From a virus (lineage: Duplodnaviria; Caudoviricetes): a stretch of DNA of 64,000 bases. The notes beneath the pieces were generated by a model, which saw nothing but the letters and a program-made list of their open reading frames with translations, was not told where the DNA came from and did no database searches. The translations under genes were made by a program, and so were the position numbers. This document shows, piece by piece, positions 39,677-48,779 of the stretch (positions within the stretch are counted from its first letter, which is position 1; every line of letters begins with the position of its first letter). The stretch spans positions 1 to 64,000 of the IMG/VR virus record IMGVR_UViG_3300028603_000028. One strand, given 5' to 3'.

Positions 39677-40075
39677 TTATCTCAATTTCTTAAATAAGTC
39701 TTTTAGGCTTATATCTTTCACTATACCTTGTTTAACTAAATTACCTGCGTTAGGTGGTAGCTTTCTACCTGTAACTATGTCTAAGTTTGTCATTGTAAAG
39801 AATTGTTTTAGAAAGTCTTCATCACGCTTCTTTGCTGCTTCTTTTATAAAATTGTATTCTGACTTGCTAGCTTTATTTAGTAAACTCTTGTTAATATTAC
39901 TTTCTTTAATAATTGTTTTATTTAATCTCTTCTTAAGTTTAACTTTGTAATAATCATTAATCTGTTTAGTGAATCCTTCGTTATAAGCCTCTATAACATA
40001 TGAAGGAGCTTTTCTAGCTTCTAATCTTCTTATGGCTGTTTCGTGTTTTTTTAAATCAAATATTGTTAGTTTCAC
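39677..40075 (-). CDS. Hypothetical basic protein
   Basis: 132-aa ORF with RBS. Confidence 0.7.
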   Translation of the reverse strand: MKLTIFDLKKHETAIRRLEARKAPSYVIEAYNEGFTKQINDYYKVKLKKRLNKTIIKESNINKSLLNKASKSEYNFIKEAAKKRDEDFLKQFFTMTNLDIVTGRKLPPNAGNLVKQGIVKDISLKDLFKKLR

Positions 40076-40093
40076 TTCATATACACTCCCTCT

Positions 40094-40681
40094 CTACCCC
40101 TGTTCTATTTCTGTTATAACTTCTGTATCTATTATATTACTATTTTCTTTAAAGTTTAATAATCTTGCGTTGTCTATGTTATATACTATAGAATAATGAT
40201 AAACCCTGTCACCATTTTGGAATTCACTAGCTTCTTGTGGACCTTGCCCATAAGTTACTTCATATGTATCTACATAGCTATTTTCTGTATTAGAGTCATA
40301 TTGGCTAACCTCTATTGTGGAATCTAGACTTAATGCATGCATAAGCTCTTCTGTGATATCATTTAATGATTCAGGTGTTTTAGTATATATGTCTAATTGA
40401 TAAGAAAGATTAACTACCAAATATCTTATATTACTACTCTTATCTAGTTCATCATTGTTATAGTATATATAACCTAGCTTCCTAGCCGCAAAGTTTTGCT
40501 GTGATGCTAGTTGAAACCCAGTTGGTCTATAGATAGATATTAGAGGGAACTCTAATTTAACTGTTGGGTCATCTACCAAATCATAGGCTACATTATAGAC
40601 TAGAGCTGTATTAGCATAGATAGTATTAGAGAAGTAAGACTTTATCTTATTTGTAAATGCTATATCAAAGTCTTTTAACAT
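40094..40681 (-). CDS. Tail terminator / completion protein (gp15-like)
   Basis: FPLISIYR...LSYQLDIYTK...NDITEEL; position before the sheath gene. Confidence 0.6.
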   Translation of the reverse strand: MLKDFDIAFTNKIKSYFSNTIYANTALVYNVAYDLVDDPTVKLEFPLISIYRPTGFQLASQQNFAARKLGYIYYNNDELDKSSNIRYLVVNLSYQLDIYTKTPESLNDITEELMHALSLDSTIEVSQYDSNTENSYVDTYEVTYGQGPQEASEFQNGDRVYHYSIVYNIDNARLLNFKENSNIIDTEVITEIEQG

Positions 40682-40694
40682 CTAATTCCTCCTA

Positions 40695-41471
40695 TTAGTC
40701 TATGCCTAATAACATCTTAATTGAATCTACTAATTGTTCTCTATCTTCTTGTGTTACGTCTTCTGCGCCTGTGTCAAATGCTTTAAAGTTAACATATCTA
40801 ATTCTTCCACCATTTCTAGAATATGTTACAGTTCTGTTAGTTGGGTTATATCCAATGCTAAGTTCCATATCATTAAAGTTTATATATAATATAGCGTGAT
40901 AAACTTTACCTGTAATATTGCGTAATCTCTTTATATATGTTAATTTATATATAAGGTCAGCATATTCTGGATTATGCTCTAGTAGACTTGCTGCGTCTTC
41001 AGCATTAGCGAATAGCCTTAAATTACTTTCATGCATATTAGTATATTCACCTTGTTTTTTTAGAGCGTCAGAATATTTAAATTTGTAATCTTTATATATT
41101 CTTACTAAGTCATATCTTGTTATATCTATATTTGTAACCTTAGATATTTTATTATCTAAATATTTTTCTGTATGGTCCCTACTAACATTAGAGTACGTTA
41201 ACATATCTGCTATTATTTTTATGTCTTGGTCAATTGTAGTTGGATTAACTTCGTAGTCTTCTTCTAGCTTGTTGCTATCTACGTCTTGCTCGTAGTCCAT
41301 AAGAATACCTTCCAATAATTCTATAGCGTCTTCTGGACTCTCACTATCCAATACTTCTAGTATTGTATCTGCATCTTCCTGAGATATATATTCAGTATAT
41401 GCAAATGATTCTACTAGAGTTTTTATTTCATTTCTCTCTTGCTTTTCAAGTAAGCTTAACTTTTTATTCAT
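40695..41471 (-). CDS. Hypothetical protein
   Basis: 258-aa ORF with RBS. Confidence 0.75.
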   Translation of the reverse strand: MNKKLSLLEKQERNEIKTLVESFAYTEYISQEDADTILEVLDSESPEDAIELLEGILMDYEQDVDSNKLEEDYEVNPTTIDQDIKIIADMLTYSNVSRDHTEKYLDNKISKVTNIDITRYDLVRIYKDYKFKYSDALKKQGEYTNMHESNLRLFANAEDAASLLEHNPEYADLIYKLTYIKRLRNITGKVYHAILYINFNDMELSIGYNPTNRTVTYSRNGGRIRYVNFKAFDTGAEDVTQEDREQLVDSIKMLLGID

Positions 41472-41540
41472 TATATTCCTCCATTATGTCTTCCAACCTG
41501 TAGTATGTTATTAATTTTCTCTATAATTTTTATATTAATT

Positions 41541-41560
41541 TGCACAGTGCACAGTTAGAA
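41541..41560. promoter_or_regulatory. TGCACAG-TGCACAG-TTAGAA operator-like box
   Basis: Exact copies near 62078 and 62588; partial copy at 13682. Confidence 0.6.
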
Positions 41561-41591
41561 GCGTAGTCTTTTAGTGTACTTATGCTGTTAT

Positions 41592-42032
41592 CTACTTTAA
41601 TAGGTCATATTCTTTAGCTAATTCCTTTAAGAATGCTCTAACCTTGCTATATTCCTCAGACAACAGGTCGTTTAGCTCCTCTTCAGAGTCGAATCCAAAC
41701 ATTTCTACATCATCGTAAGTAATACCTTCATCGAATAAGTCGTACTCTACAAAGTCAGTAACTATTTGAAAACCATCATAATACCCATTTTCTATAGTTA
41801 TTTTAAATATTTCTAGTTCCCTATTGAAGTCTTCTATCTTCTCATCTATTTCTTCATAATCCCGCATAGTTACTATTCCTGGTTCTTCAAGTTGTTTATA
41901 GTATTGCTCTTCAAATTCTTCTATTGATTCCCAACCATCTGGATAGTAGAAATATTCATCGAATGAAATAACCTTTTTTGCATAGTATGTTATAAAATGG
42001 TCTGAACCTCTACCAAAGTTGTTTGTTCCCAT
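41592..42032 (-). CDS. Acidic hypothetical protein
   Basis: 146-aa ORF. Confidence 0.75.
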   Translation of the reverse strand: MGTNNFGRGSDHFITYYAKKVISFDEYFYYPDGWESIEEFEEQYYKQLEEPGIVTMRDYEEIDEKIEDFNRELEIFKITIENGYYDGFQIVTDFVEYDLFDEGITYDDVEMFGFDSEEELNDLLSEEYSKVRAFLKELAKEYDLLK

Positions 42033-42062
42033 ACATTGTATTCCCCTTAATCTTATTGTTTT

Positions 42063-42156
42063 AGGCTTATAATTTGGCCCTGTTCGTGTTTTTATATGTT
42101 TTACTAGTACTTATCTTATTTAGTCTTTTAAAACGAACAGGGTCGAATTTAAGCCT
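42063..42156. repeat. Long inverted-repeat element, family member 1
   Basis: AGGCTTA-T-AATTTGGCCCTGTTCGT ... ACGAACAGGGTCGAATT-TAAGCCT. Confidence 0.7.
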
Positions 42157-42544
42157 ACAGATAGTCTACCACTTCAATCTCATTGTCATATGCATTATTC
42201 CAAGCAGTTATGAAATATTGTTTAAATCTTACTTTAGCACGATTTATACGTAATGTTATAACTAGTTTATCTTCTTTATAAATAAATAATTTCATTCCTA
42301 CTGCTGCTTTAAAGTATGGTGATTCAAATATGTCTAATAAGCTATCATAAACCTCTTGGTTCTCGCTTGTAGTTTCTCTAAGTATAAATTTTATATCATC
42401 TTCTTTTAGGGTTGCACCGTCTGCTTCAAGTTCCTCTTCTGCTACATCTCTTATAGTGTCTTCTAATTCTTCTAGCAGGTCTACTAAGTCATCAAGATAT
42501 TGGTGTTGTGAGTCAAATAGTATCTTCATCGTCTTCAAGCTCAT
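42155..42544 (-). CDS. Hypothetical protein
   Basis: 129-aa ORF. Confidence 0.7.
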   Translation of the reverse strand: MSLKTMKILFDSQHQYLDDLVDLLEELEDTIRDVAEEELEADGATLKEDDIKFILRETTSENQEVYDSLLDIFESPYFKAAVGMKLFIYKEDKLVITLRINRAKVRFKQYFITAWNNAYDNEIEVVDYL

Positions 42545-42758
42545 CTAAAAATTCATCTAAAAATGCATCAATTTCAAATCTTAGGATATCATTCAAGTGC
42601 AATTCTGATATGTCTTGTTCGAAGTCTATATATTCAAAGACTTCTTGCCAGCAGTCAAGTGCATCAATTCTTGCAATAGTATATTCGCAACCCCAGCTGT
42701 CATTGTCAGCCCAATTTTTTAAATCTTGTCCGTTGTCTATTTCTTTAAAAACTCTCAT
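42513..42758 (-). CDS. Small acidic hypothetical protein
   Basis: 81 aa; class I promoter at ~42785-42815. Confidence 0.7.
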   Translation of the reverse strand: MRVFKEIDNGQDLKNWADNDSWGCEYTIARIDALDCWQEVFEYIDFEQDISELHLNDILRFEIDAFLDEFLDELEDDEDTI

Positions 42759-42870
42759 GTGTTTTGTTCCTCTCTCTTTATATATAATAGTATCGTTATT
42801 TCATTTTATGATTAGCTATATTTGTATTTCTCAAATGCCAATATGAGTTTTACTTCAGAAATACAAATAT

Positions 42871-42916
42871 AAAAATAAGGGCTAGAGCTAAGCTATAGAC
42901 TAGCCCTTATTGTTTT
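42871..42916 (-). terminator. Rho-independent terminator after the major capsid gene
   Basis: AATAAGGGCTAG-loop-CTAGCCCTTATT followed by a T run on the minus strand. Confidence 0.8.
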
Positions 42917-42939
42917 ACTTTATATTATTAGACGCTTGC

Positions 42940-44601
42940 CTAAGCAAGAATTGCATCTTCTCCAAGTACACCATAATTACTTCCATCTTTACCTACTAAG
43001 AACATAGGTTGAGCTAATGGGTTATCAACTATAGTTCCACGTACAAAGTAATCAGCGTTTACAACTAGTTTTCCATAAGAAGTTGTGTAAGCTCTACGGA
43101 TTACTAAATCATCTAGAGTTACAGGAGATGTTGCTACTACTGGAATGTAAGGAGCAAATATTATTCCTGCATCTAAGTTATCCTTAGGGTTCTTGTATAT
43201 TACTGCCCAATCATTAGCTGGTAATTCTGGTACAGCAATTACATCAATATTCTTAAGTTTACCAATCTTTGCAGCTCCACCTAATTGTGAACCTGATTCT
43301 TCACCTTTAAAGTCTGGTAATGTTTCAACGATAGTTTGTGCGTTAACACCAACTAATAGTACGTTTCCACGAACCTTCTTACTCTTAGAGTAGATGTGGT
43401 TAGATGCACCGATGATAGCATCTCTGAAACTTAATTTATGGAATTCGTATAGACCATTAGCAGTTCCTGCTGCTTTGTTCCAAGACATAAGTACTGGAGC
43501 TGAGTTCATGATTTCGAATACGAAGTCTAAGTCTGTTTCACGTTTTAATTCATACATAGCAGATTCTGCTAATTTATCTTCTAACTTATATCCAAATTGT
43601 GCTTCGAAACCGAATCCAGCTTGGAATGAATAGTTAGTTTTTACTGTTCTAGCTTGAGCAGTAATTTCTCTTGAGTCAATGTTTGCTTTTAACTCAGGTA
43701 CTTGTGTAGGTGCATACTTATTATCATAAGCATATTTAACCTTAGCTGGTACTCCAGCACCACCAGTAGCAACAGTAAATGCTACAGTGATTTCACCGTC
43801 AGCTACAGTTACTGAACCATTAGTAATAGCTTTACCATTAATTGTTCCAGTAAATGCTGTATCAGTAGACCAAGTTAGGTTAGCCCCTTCAATTACAAGT
43901 GATTTACCTAAGAATGGACCCCAAAGTGGAAGTGCCTCAGAATATGATTCTTCGTCATCAGCTAATACTGGCATGTCAACTACGTTTGAAGTATAATTAA
44001 CATCAGTATTAACTGTGAATGGAGTGATTAATTTATCTCCAACTGATACGTTACCTTTATCTGAACCAGCAATAGTTTCATAGTAGAATACCATAGCTTT
44101 TTCAGTTTTAATAGGTTGTGTAGAAGCTAACATTGGAGTAATTAAGTTAGGGAAGTATCCGAAGAATATATCAAAATATGTCTTCATTAATCCTACACCA
44201 GCACCAGTTCCAGTTACACCAGTAACCATTGGACCAGCTTGTGTAGCTTCAGTCATAACTTTTGCAGCTTGAGCGATGTTCTCAGCTAATGTTGTATATA
44301 AATGTTTTTGTGCAGGGTCTTTCACTTGCGCAGTTCTTAGCTTGATATCTTCAGAGATAGTTCTTGCTTGACGAACTGGTTTTCTAACATCTTCTTTAAT
44401 AACTCTGCGTTCTGTGTTATATTTTTTGTTCTCAACGATTTTTGAATATACAGGTTTTTTAACGCGAGATGTAGAAGATTCTGATAATGTTTTTTGTCTT
44501 TTTGCTTCTAGAATTGCTTCACGTGCTTTTTCACGTTTGCGTTCTTTTAATTTTGCTAAAATTTGCTCTTTTTTAGTCATTATTAGATTTTCCTCTTTCA
44601 T
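42940..44601 (-). CDS. Major capsid protein (T4 gp23-like) with N-terminal propeptide
   Basis: ELKRETDLDFV, AGIIFAPYIP, TTSYGKLVVN; probable start at 44580. Confidence 0.92.
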   Translation of the reverse strand: MKEENLIMTKKEQILAKLKERKREKAREAILEAKRQKTLSESSTSRVKKPVYSKIVENKKYNTERRVIKEDVRKPVRQARTISEDIKLRTAQVKDPAQKHLYTTLAENIAQAAKVMTEATQAGPMVTGVTGTGAGVGLMKTYFDIFFGYFPNLITPMLASTQPIKTEKAMVFYYETIAGSDKGNVSVGDKLITPFTVNTDVNYTSNVVDMPVLADDEESYSEALPLWGPFLGKSLVIEGANLTWSTDTAFTGTINGKAITNGSVTVADGEITVAFTVATGGAGVPAKVKYAYDNKYAPTQVPELKANIDSREITAQARTVKTNYSFQAGFGFEAQFGYKLEDKLAESAMYELKRETDLDFVFEIMNSAPVLMSWNKAAGTANGLYEFHKLSFRDAIIGASNHIYSKSKKVRGNVLLVGVNAQTIVETLPDFKGEESGSQLGGAAKIGKLKNIDVIAVPELPANDWAVIYKNPKDNLDAGIIFAPYIPVVATSPVTLDDLVIRRAYTTSYGKLVVNADYFVRGTIVDNPLAQPMFLVGKDGSNYGVLGEDAILA

Positions 44602-44773
44602 ATTTATTAACTAATATTAACTAATATTAACTACAGTTGTGTGTTTCCTTGTTTGTTTAAGGGATTGTTTACTCACGTTAAATGTTTATTTAACACAAAG
44701 CATATAACCAATATTATAGTTATAGGCTTTAGGTTAAAGGTGATACACGTGTTATAATATCACCAGTTAATTT

Positions 44774-44962
44774 TTATTCCATTGAGTCTAAATCGTCTAG
44801 GTCATCTATTATATAAGCAGCTTGCTCTTTAGTTATGATTCCTATGTTGCTAAGTCCATAAATTATTGATATTAACTTCTCATATGCTACATACCAGTTT
44901 CCAAAGTCAGGTTGTAATCCTAATAATTCTAATATATCTTCTAATGTTCTTAAATCATACAT
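44774..44962 (-). CDS. Small acidic hypothetical protein
   Basis: 62 aa. Confidence 0.65.
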   Translation of the reverse strand: MYDLRTLEDILELLGLQPDFGNWYVAYEKLISIIYGLSNIGIITKEQAAYIIDDLDDLDSME

Positions 44963-44965
44963 TCT

Positions 44966-45295
44966 CTACCACCCATACCCTTCATCGTCGTCTTCATATC
45001 CATCATCTATAATACCTAAATCATACGCAAGGTTTTCTAGTTCAAAGTCGAATCCATCATAGTCTATATATAGGTCAACGTCTAATTCATCAACAGGTAA
45101 ATAGTCTTCACCTGGGTTAAGTTGATTATATATTATATCCATAAGAGTTTCATATCCTTGTAGACCATTTCTTGCATTTTCCTCATATTGAAATAATAAC
45201 ATTTCAAATACTTCTGGTGAGACTAGGTATGTCTCACATTCGCCATTTGCATCTGTATGTTTAACTATTCTAAAATCATTGAAATCTATTGCCAT
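44966..45295 (-). CDS. Small acidic hypothetical protein
   Basis: 109 aa. Confidence 0.7.
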   Translation of the reverse strand: MAIDFNDFRIVKHTDANGECETYLVSPEVFEMLLFQYEENARNGLQGYETLMDIIYNQLNPGEDYLPVDELDVDLYIDYDGFDFELENLAYDLGIIDDGYEDDDEGYGW

Positions 45296-45300
45296 AATTG

Positions 45301-46761
45301 TTATTCACTTTCTTCTGCTATTTGTAGTAAGTATTCTAATTCTTCATCACTTAGTGAATCTAACTCTTCTTCTGTTAAGCCAAGTTCTTCTAATAGTTCA
45401 TCTTCATCTTTAGGCTCATCTTCTTCAGATTCATCTTCTTCGTCCTCTAAGTTAGTATCATCATCACCTAAATCTTCTAGGTCTTCTTCGCCGAATTCTA
45501 CTTCAGGGTCCTCAATAGGTGCAAGTGTGTCTAAAAGTGATTTAATCATATCCTTAAGCTCAACAATTTCTAGGCTTAGTGATTCTAAAGTTACTTCACC
45601 GTCTAGCTCAACATCTATCAAATCTTCATCTTCGTCATCTTCAAGCTCAACATCTACCAAATCTTCTTGATTTTCCTCATCATCTAGAACTTCGTCGTCA
45701 TCTAGACCTTCGTCATCATCTAGACCTTCGTTGTCATCATTTAACTCTTCTACTTCGCCTTCTACATAATCATCAATTAAATCTGATGTTGCTTCTTTTC
45801 TAAGTTTAGGTTTTTCTATTACTGGATTTTCTACTTTTTCTATCTCTGCAGAAACTTCTTTGTGGTCTGCTTTCATATTTTTAATTATAGTTTCTTTGTT
45901 CTTATCGTTACCATAAGCTTTAGCGAAGTCTTCTTGTTCCATGTTTTCTAACTCATAAATAGCATTATATAATTCATGAGCCTTAGCTTTTAGTTCTTTA
46001 AGATAAGTTTGTTTTGCTTTATCTATTGATTTACCTTCAAATGTTTTCTTTTTCATTTCCCCTGTCTCCTTTAGCTTATCTGCAAATTCTTCATAAACTG
46101 CTTTGTGTTCCTCATCTTCATTTGCTAAGTTTTTAATAGACTCTACTAAAGTCTTTTTATTTTTAGCAGACTCTGTTAGAGTTGCTACTGCTGTTTGAAA
46201 TGATGGATTATATACAAAGTCAAATGTCTGTAGGTCAAACCCTTCTGGGTCTATATCTTCAAATTGGATTCCTGTAGACTCATCAACCCTTGTAATAGTA
46301 TCTCCAAGAGCTCTTGAGCTTACACCAAGAAGTTCACCACCACCATAGCGTTTAGCGTACTCTAAAAATGTCTTAACAATACGACCCTGAGGTGTATTCA
46401 TTATATGTGCTACACCATCCCAAGAGCCATTGTCATTACGTGTTACGTCATGCCAAACAATTGCGCCTTCCTCTAGTCTAAATTGTGCTCTGTCGTCTAG
46501 TGGGTGGTCTAATGAACCAAACAATGAAGATGGTCTAAGTTTACCAGACTCATCTATAAACTTACCACCCTTCGCAAATGCATTCTTACTTTCCCAGACA
46601 GCTTTTGAGTATCTTGTACTGTTTTGACTGATTTTATTTTCTACTGTCATACCATCAACTCTAAAAGTACCTAAGATTGGAGAATCTTGGTCTTTAATAG
46701 GTTGATAACTTTCAACTATCTTATTGCTATATTTTGTAGCTGTTAATATTTTTTTACTCAT
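45301..46761 (-). CDS. Prohead protease (T4 gp21-like) fused to an acidic scaffold-like region
   Basis: GSLDHP, LGVSSRALG, FDFVYNPS; Asp/Glu-rich C-terminus; ATG at 46761 with GGAGG. Confidence 0.9.
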   Translation of the reverse strand: MSKKILTATKYSNKIVESYQPIKDQDSPILGTFRVDGMTVENKISQNSTRYSKAVWESKNAFAKGGKFIDESGKLRPSSLFGSLDHPLDDRAQFRLEEGAIVWHDVTRNDNGSWDGVAHIMNTPQGRIVKTFLEYAKRYGGGELLGVSSRALGDTITRVDESTGIQFEDIDPEGFDLQTFDFVYNPSFQTAVATLTESAKNKKTLVESIKNLANEDEEHKAVYEEFADKLKETGEMKKKTFEGKSIDKAKQTYLKELKAKAHELYNAIYELENMEQEDFAKAYGNDKNKETIIKNMKADHKEVSAEIEKVENPVIEKPKLRKEATSDLIDDYVEGEVEELNDDNEGLDDDEGLDDDEVLDDEENQEDLVDVELEDDEDEDLIDVELDGEVTLESLSLEIVELKDMIKSLLDTLAPIEDPEVEFGEEDLEDLGDDDTNLEDEEDESEEDEPKDEDELLEELGLTEEELDSLSDEELEYLLQIAEESE

Positions 46762-46862
46762 TCTTCCTCCTACTTTTGTTATTACCAATATTCCTACCAA
46801 CCATCGTCGTAGTCGTCTTTTGTTTTTATTACTTGGTATAACGGTTGTCTATTATCCATAGT

Positions 46863-47099
46863 CTATTCCTCGTCGATTTTTCTTATTCTGTATGCCCTTA
46901 GGCCTCTGTCTTCAAATGGTTTATAAATGAATTCTACCCTGTCTCCAACAGATAGGACTCTGCGACCTTCCATTAATATTTGTGAGAAGTGGAAATACAC
47001 GTCCTCATCTAAAATATCATCACATGAAATGAACCCGAACCCCTTTACTGGGCTAAATGATTTAACTACCCCACGTGACTGTTTACTTATCTCTACCAT
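46863..47099 (-). CDS. csp: Cold-shock domain protein
   Basis: RNP1 KGFGFI and RNP2 DVYFHFS. Confidence 0.93.
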   Translation of the reverse strand: MVEISKQSRGVVKSFSPVKGFGFISCDDILDEDVYFHFSQILMEGRRVLSVGDRVEFIYKPFEDRGLRAYRIRKIDEE

Positions 47100-47169
47100 A
47101 ACTTCTTCTCCTACTTTAATTTTATTGTTACTTTTGCACTATGTTTAGTTGTAATCTACTAAAGTGCTA

Positions 47170-47207
47170 TACATAATATATATATACTTTTTAGTTGTTT
47201 TAACTAG
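47170..47207 (-). promoter_or_regulatory. Class II promoter
   Basis: CTAGTTAAAACAACTAAAAAGTATATATATATTATGT. Confidence 0.6.
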
Positions 47208-47227
47208 TTTTACTAATTTTAAAACTA

Positions 47228-47518
47228 CTATTCGCTATAATAATTATATAAGTCTTCATCCCATAATTCTACTAACTCATTAGAAATATTTTCAGCTAGT
47301 GTGTTAATTGGTTCTGTATCGTTCTTAAGCATATAAGCTGCAGCTATTCTATTTACGTTTGATTCTTTTTGAATTTCTTCTATATATACATTTATAAATG
47401 TATCTAATTCATCTGTAATATACAACATACCTAAGCCATCAGTTAGTGCGTCATGGCTGTTAAGGTTTGGTGAATTTAGTACGCTATCTCTTATATTGTT
47501 TAGTATTTTTTCTAACAT
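47228..47518 (-). CDS. Small hypothetical protein coupled to the RT
   Basis: Starts 2 nt after the RT stop; AGGAG lies inside the RT 3' end. Confidence 0.75.
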   Translation of the reverse strand: MLEKILNNIRDSVLNSPNLNSHDALTDGLGMLYITDELDTFINVYIEEIQKESNVNRIAAAYMLKNDTEPINTLAENISNELVELWDEDLYNYYSE

Positions 47519-47520
47519 GT

Positions 47521-48756
47521 TTATTTACTCCTATGTTCTTTTAAATTTTCTACAACTAATTCTACAGTATTTTCTTTTTGTTTTTTTAATTTGTAATATT
47601 CATTTACTAAGCTCTTGAATCCTAGTTTCTTAATATTATCATATTTTAAGTTGAAATGGTGTTTACCTTGCCACTTACCTGATTCTAAATATCTTATGCA
47701 TTTTACAAAGTACTCATCTAAGAACTTTATTGATTCAGTTGTGTTTATGTTAGGTAAGTACCATCTAGACCAGTTTATAGAATCGTCTTGGTCTGAGTAT
47801 AACTTAAAGTTTAATTTTCTTATATAGTCTCTAAGAGCTGACCTTAGTGGTACATTCTTTTCTTGCATCCAAATTCTATACCACTTAGCTCTACGTTTCA
47901 TTCTAGACTTCATCTTAGCTACAGCATCTGGGCTTATATCTATTATGTTATCTTTGAAATAGAAGCCTAAGAAAGTTACACCTGTCTTAATATTTAATAT
48001 CTTTGTCTTATTTTCATTTATGTGTATTTCCAAAGGTTTTATCTGCTCTAAGAAGAAGTCATATGCATCTTTTCCTATTACTAATACGTCATCAGCATAT
48101 CTAATATACTTGTAACCTTTTTCATACATAAGTGAGTCAACATCATGCATATAAATATTTGCTAGTATTCCTGCAATAGGTGAGCCTGCCATAACTCCCT
48201 TAACCTCTTCTATTACTTCTCTACCTTTAATTGTTACTTTATCATTCCTAAGTGTTAACATTATAAACTCAAATAGTTCTTCATCGTCTTTAAGAAAGTC
48301 TTTTAGTATTGGTTCTAATAAGTCTATATTAATAGTGTTGAAGTAGTCTGAGAAGTCTGTCTTATATATAGTATCCTTCTCTGTTATTCTGTATTTATCT
48401 AACAGATTAAATGCAGACTTCACAGAACGACCTTCTGTATAAGCTAATGAATTGCGGCAAAATACATTATTATATTTTTGTAACATATAATAGCTTGTGA
48501 TTTTAAGTATAGTCCTGTAAGTGTTTGGATAAATATAAACTGTTCTCTTCTTTGAGCTGTTTATCTTGCTTAGTTGTACCTTGTGTGGAATCTTAAACTC
48601 TTTTAAAAATTGTTCTGTGAAGTCTGCATACTTATTATGCTTGATTATTCTTTTAATCTGCCTAATAAGTTTAGCATCCTTAAATTCTCTTTGTTCTTCT
48701 TTTTCTAAGAAAGAAGTCCACGCTTCTTTACTATTTATAAACTCGTAATAACTCAT
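47521..48756 (-). CDS. Standalone reverse transcriptase, group II-like
   Basis: KKRTVY, SLAYTEGRS, KTDFSDYFNTI, GVMAGSPIAGILANIYM, YIRYADD, FLG, then a ~170-aa thumb region. Confidence 0.95.
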   Translation of the reverse strand: MSYYEFINSKEAWTSFLEKEEQREFKDAKLIRQIKRIIKHNKYADFTEQFLKEFKIPHKVQLSKINSSKKRTVYIYPNTYRTILKITSYYMLQKYNNVFCRNSLAYTEGRSVKSAFNLLDKYRITEKDTIYKTDFSDYFNTINIDLLEPILKDFLKDDEELFEFIMLTLRNDKVTIKGREVIEEVKGVMAGSPIAGILANIYMHDVDSLMYEKGYKYIRYADDVLVIGKDAYDFFLEQIKPLEIHINENKTKILNIKTGVTFLGFYFKDNIIDISPDAVAKMKSRMKRRAKWYRIWMQEKNVPLRSALRDYIRKLNFKLYSDQDDSINWSRWYLPNINTTESIKFLDEYFVKCIRYLESGKWQGKHHFNLKYDNIKKLGFKSLVNEYYKLKKQKENTVELVVENLKEHRSK

Positions 48757-48779
48757 TGTTAACTCCTTAAGTTTTAATG

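Noticed and set aside
45660-45740. Short tandem repeats TCATCTAGACCTTCG
   Set aside because: They simply encode the acidic DDEGLD linker of the protease-scaffold protein
47521-48756. Diversity-generating retroelement or group II intron
   Set aside because: No SQ motif, avd or adenine-specific TR/VR pair noticed (unit B versus D differences are not A-specific); no intron domain V/VI or interrupted host gene; flanks are tightly packed ORFs
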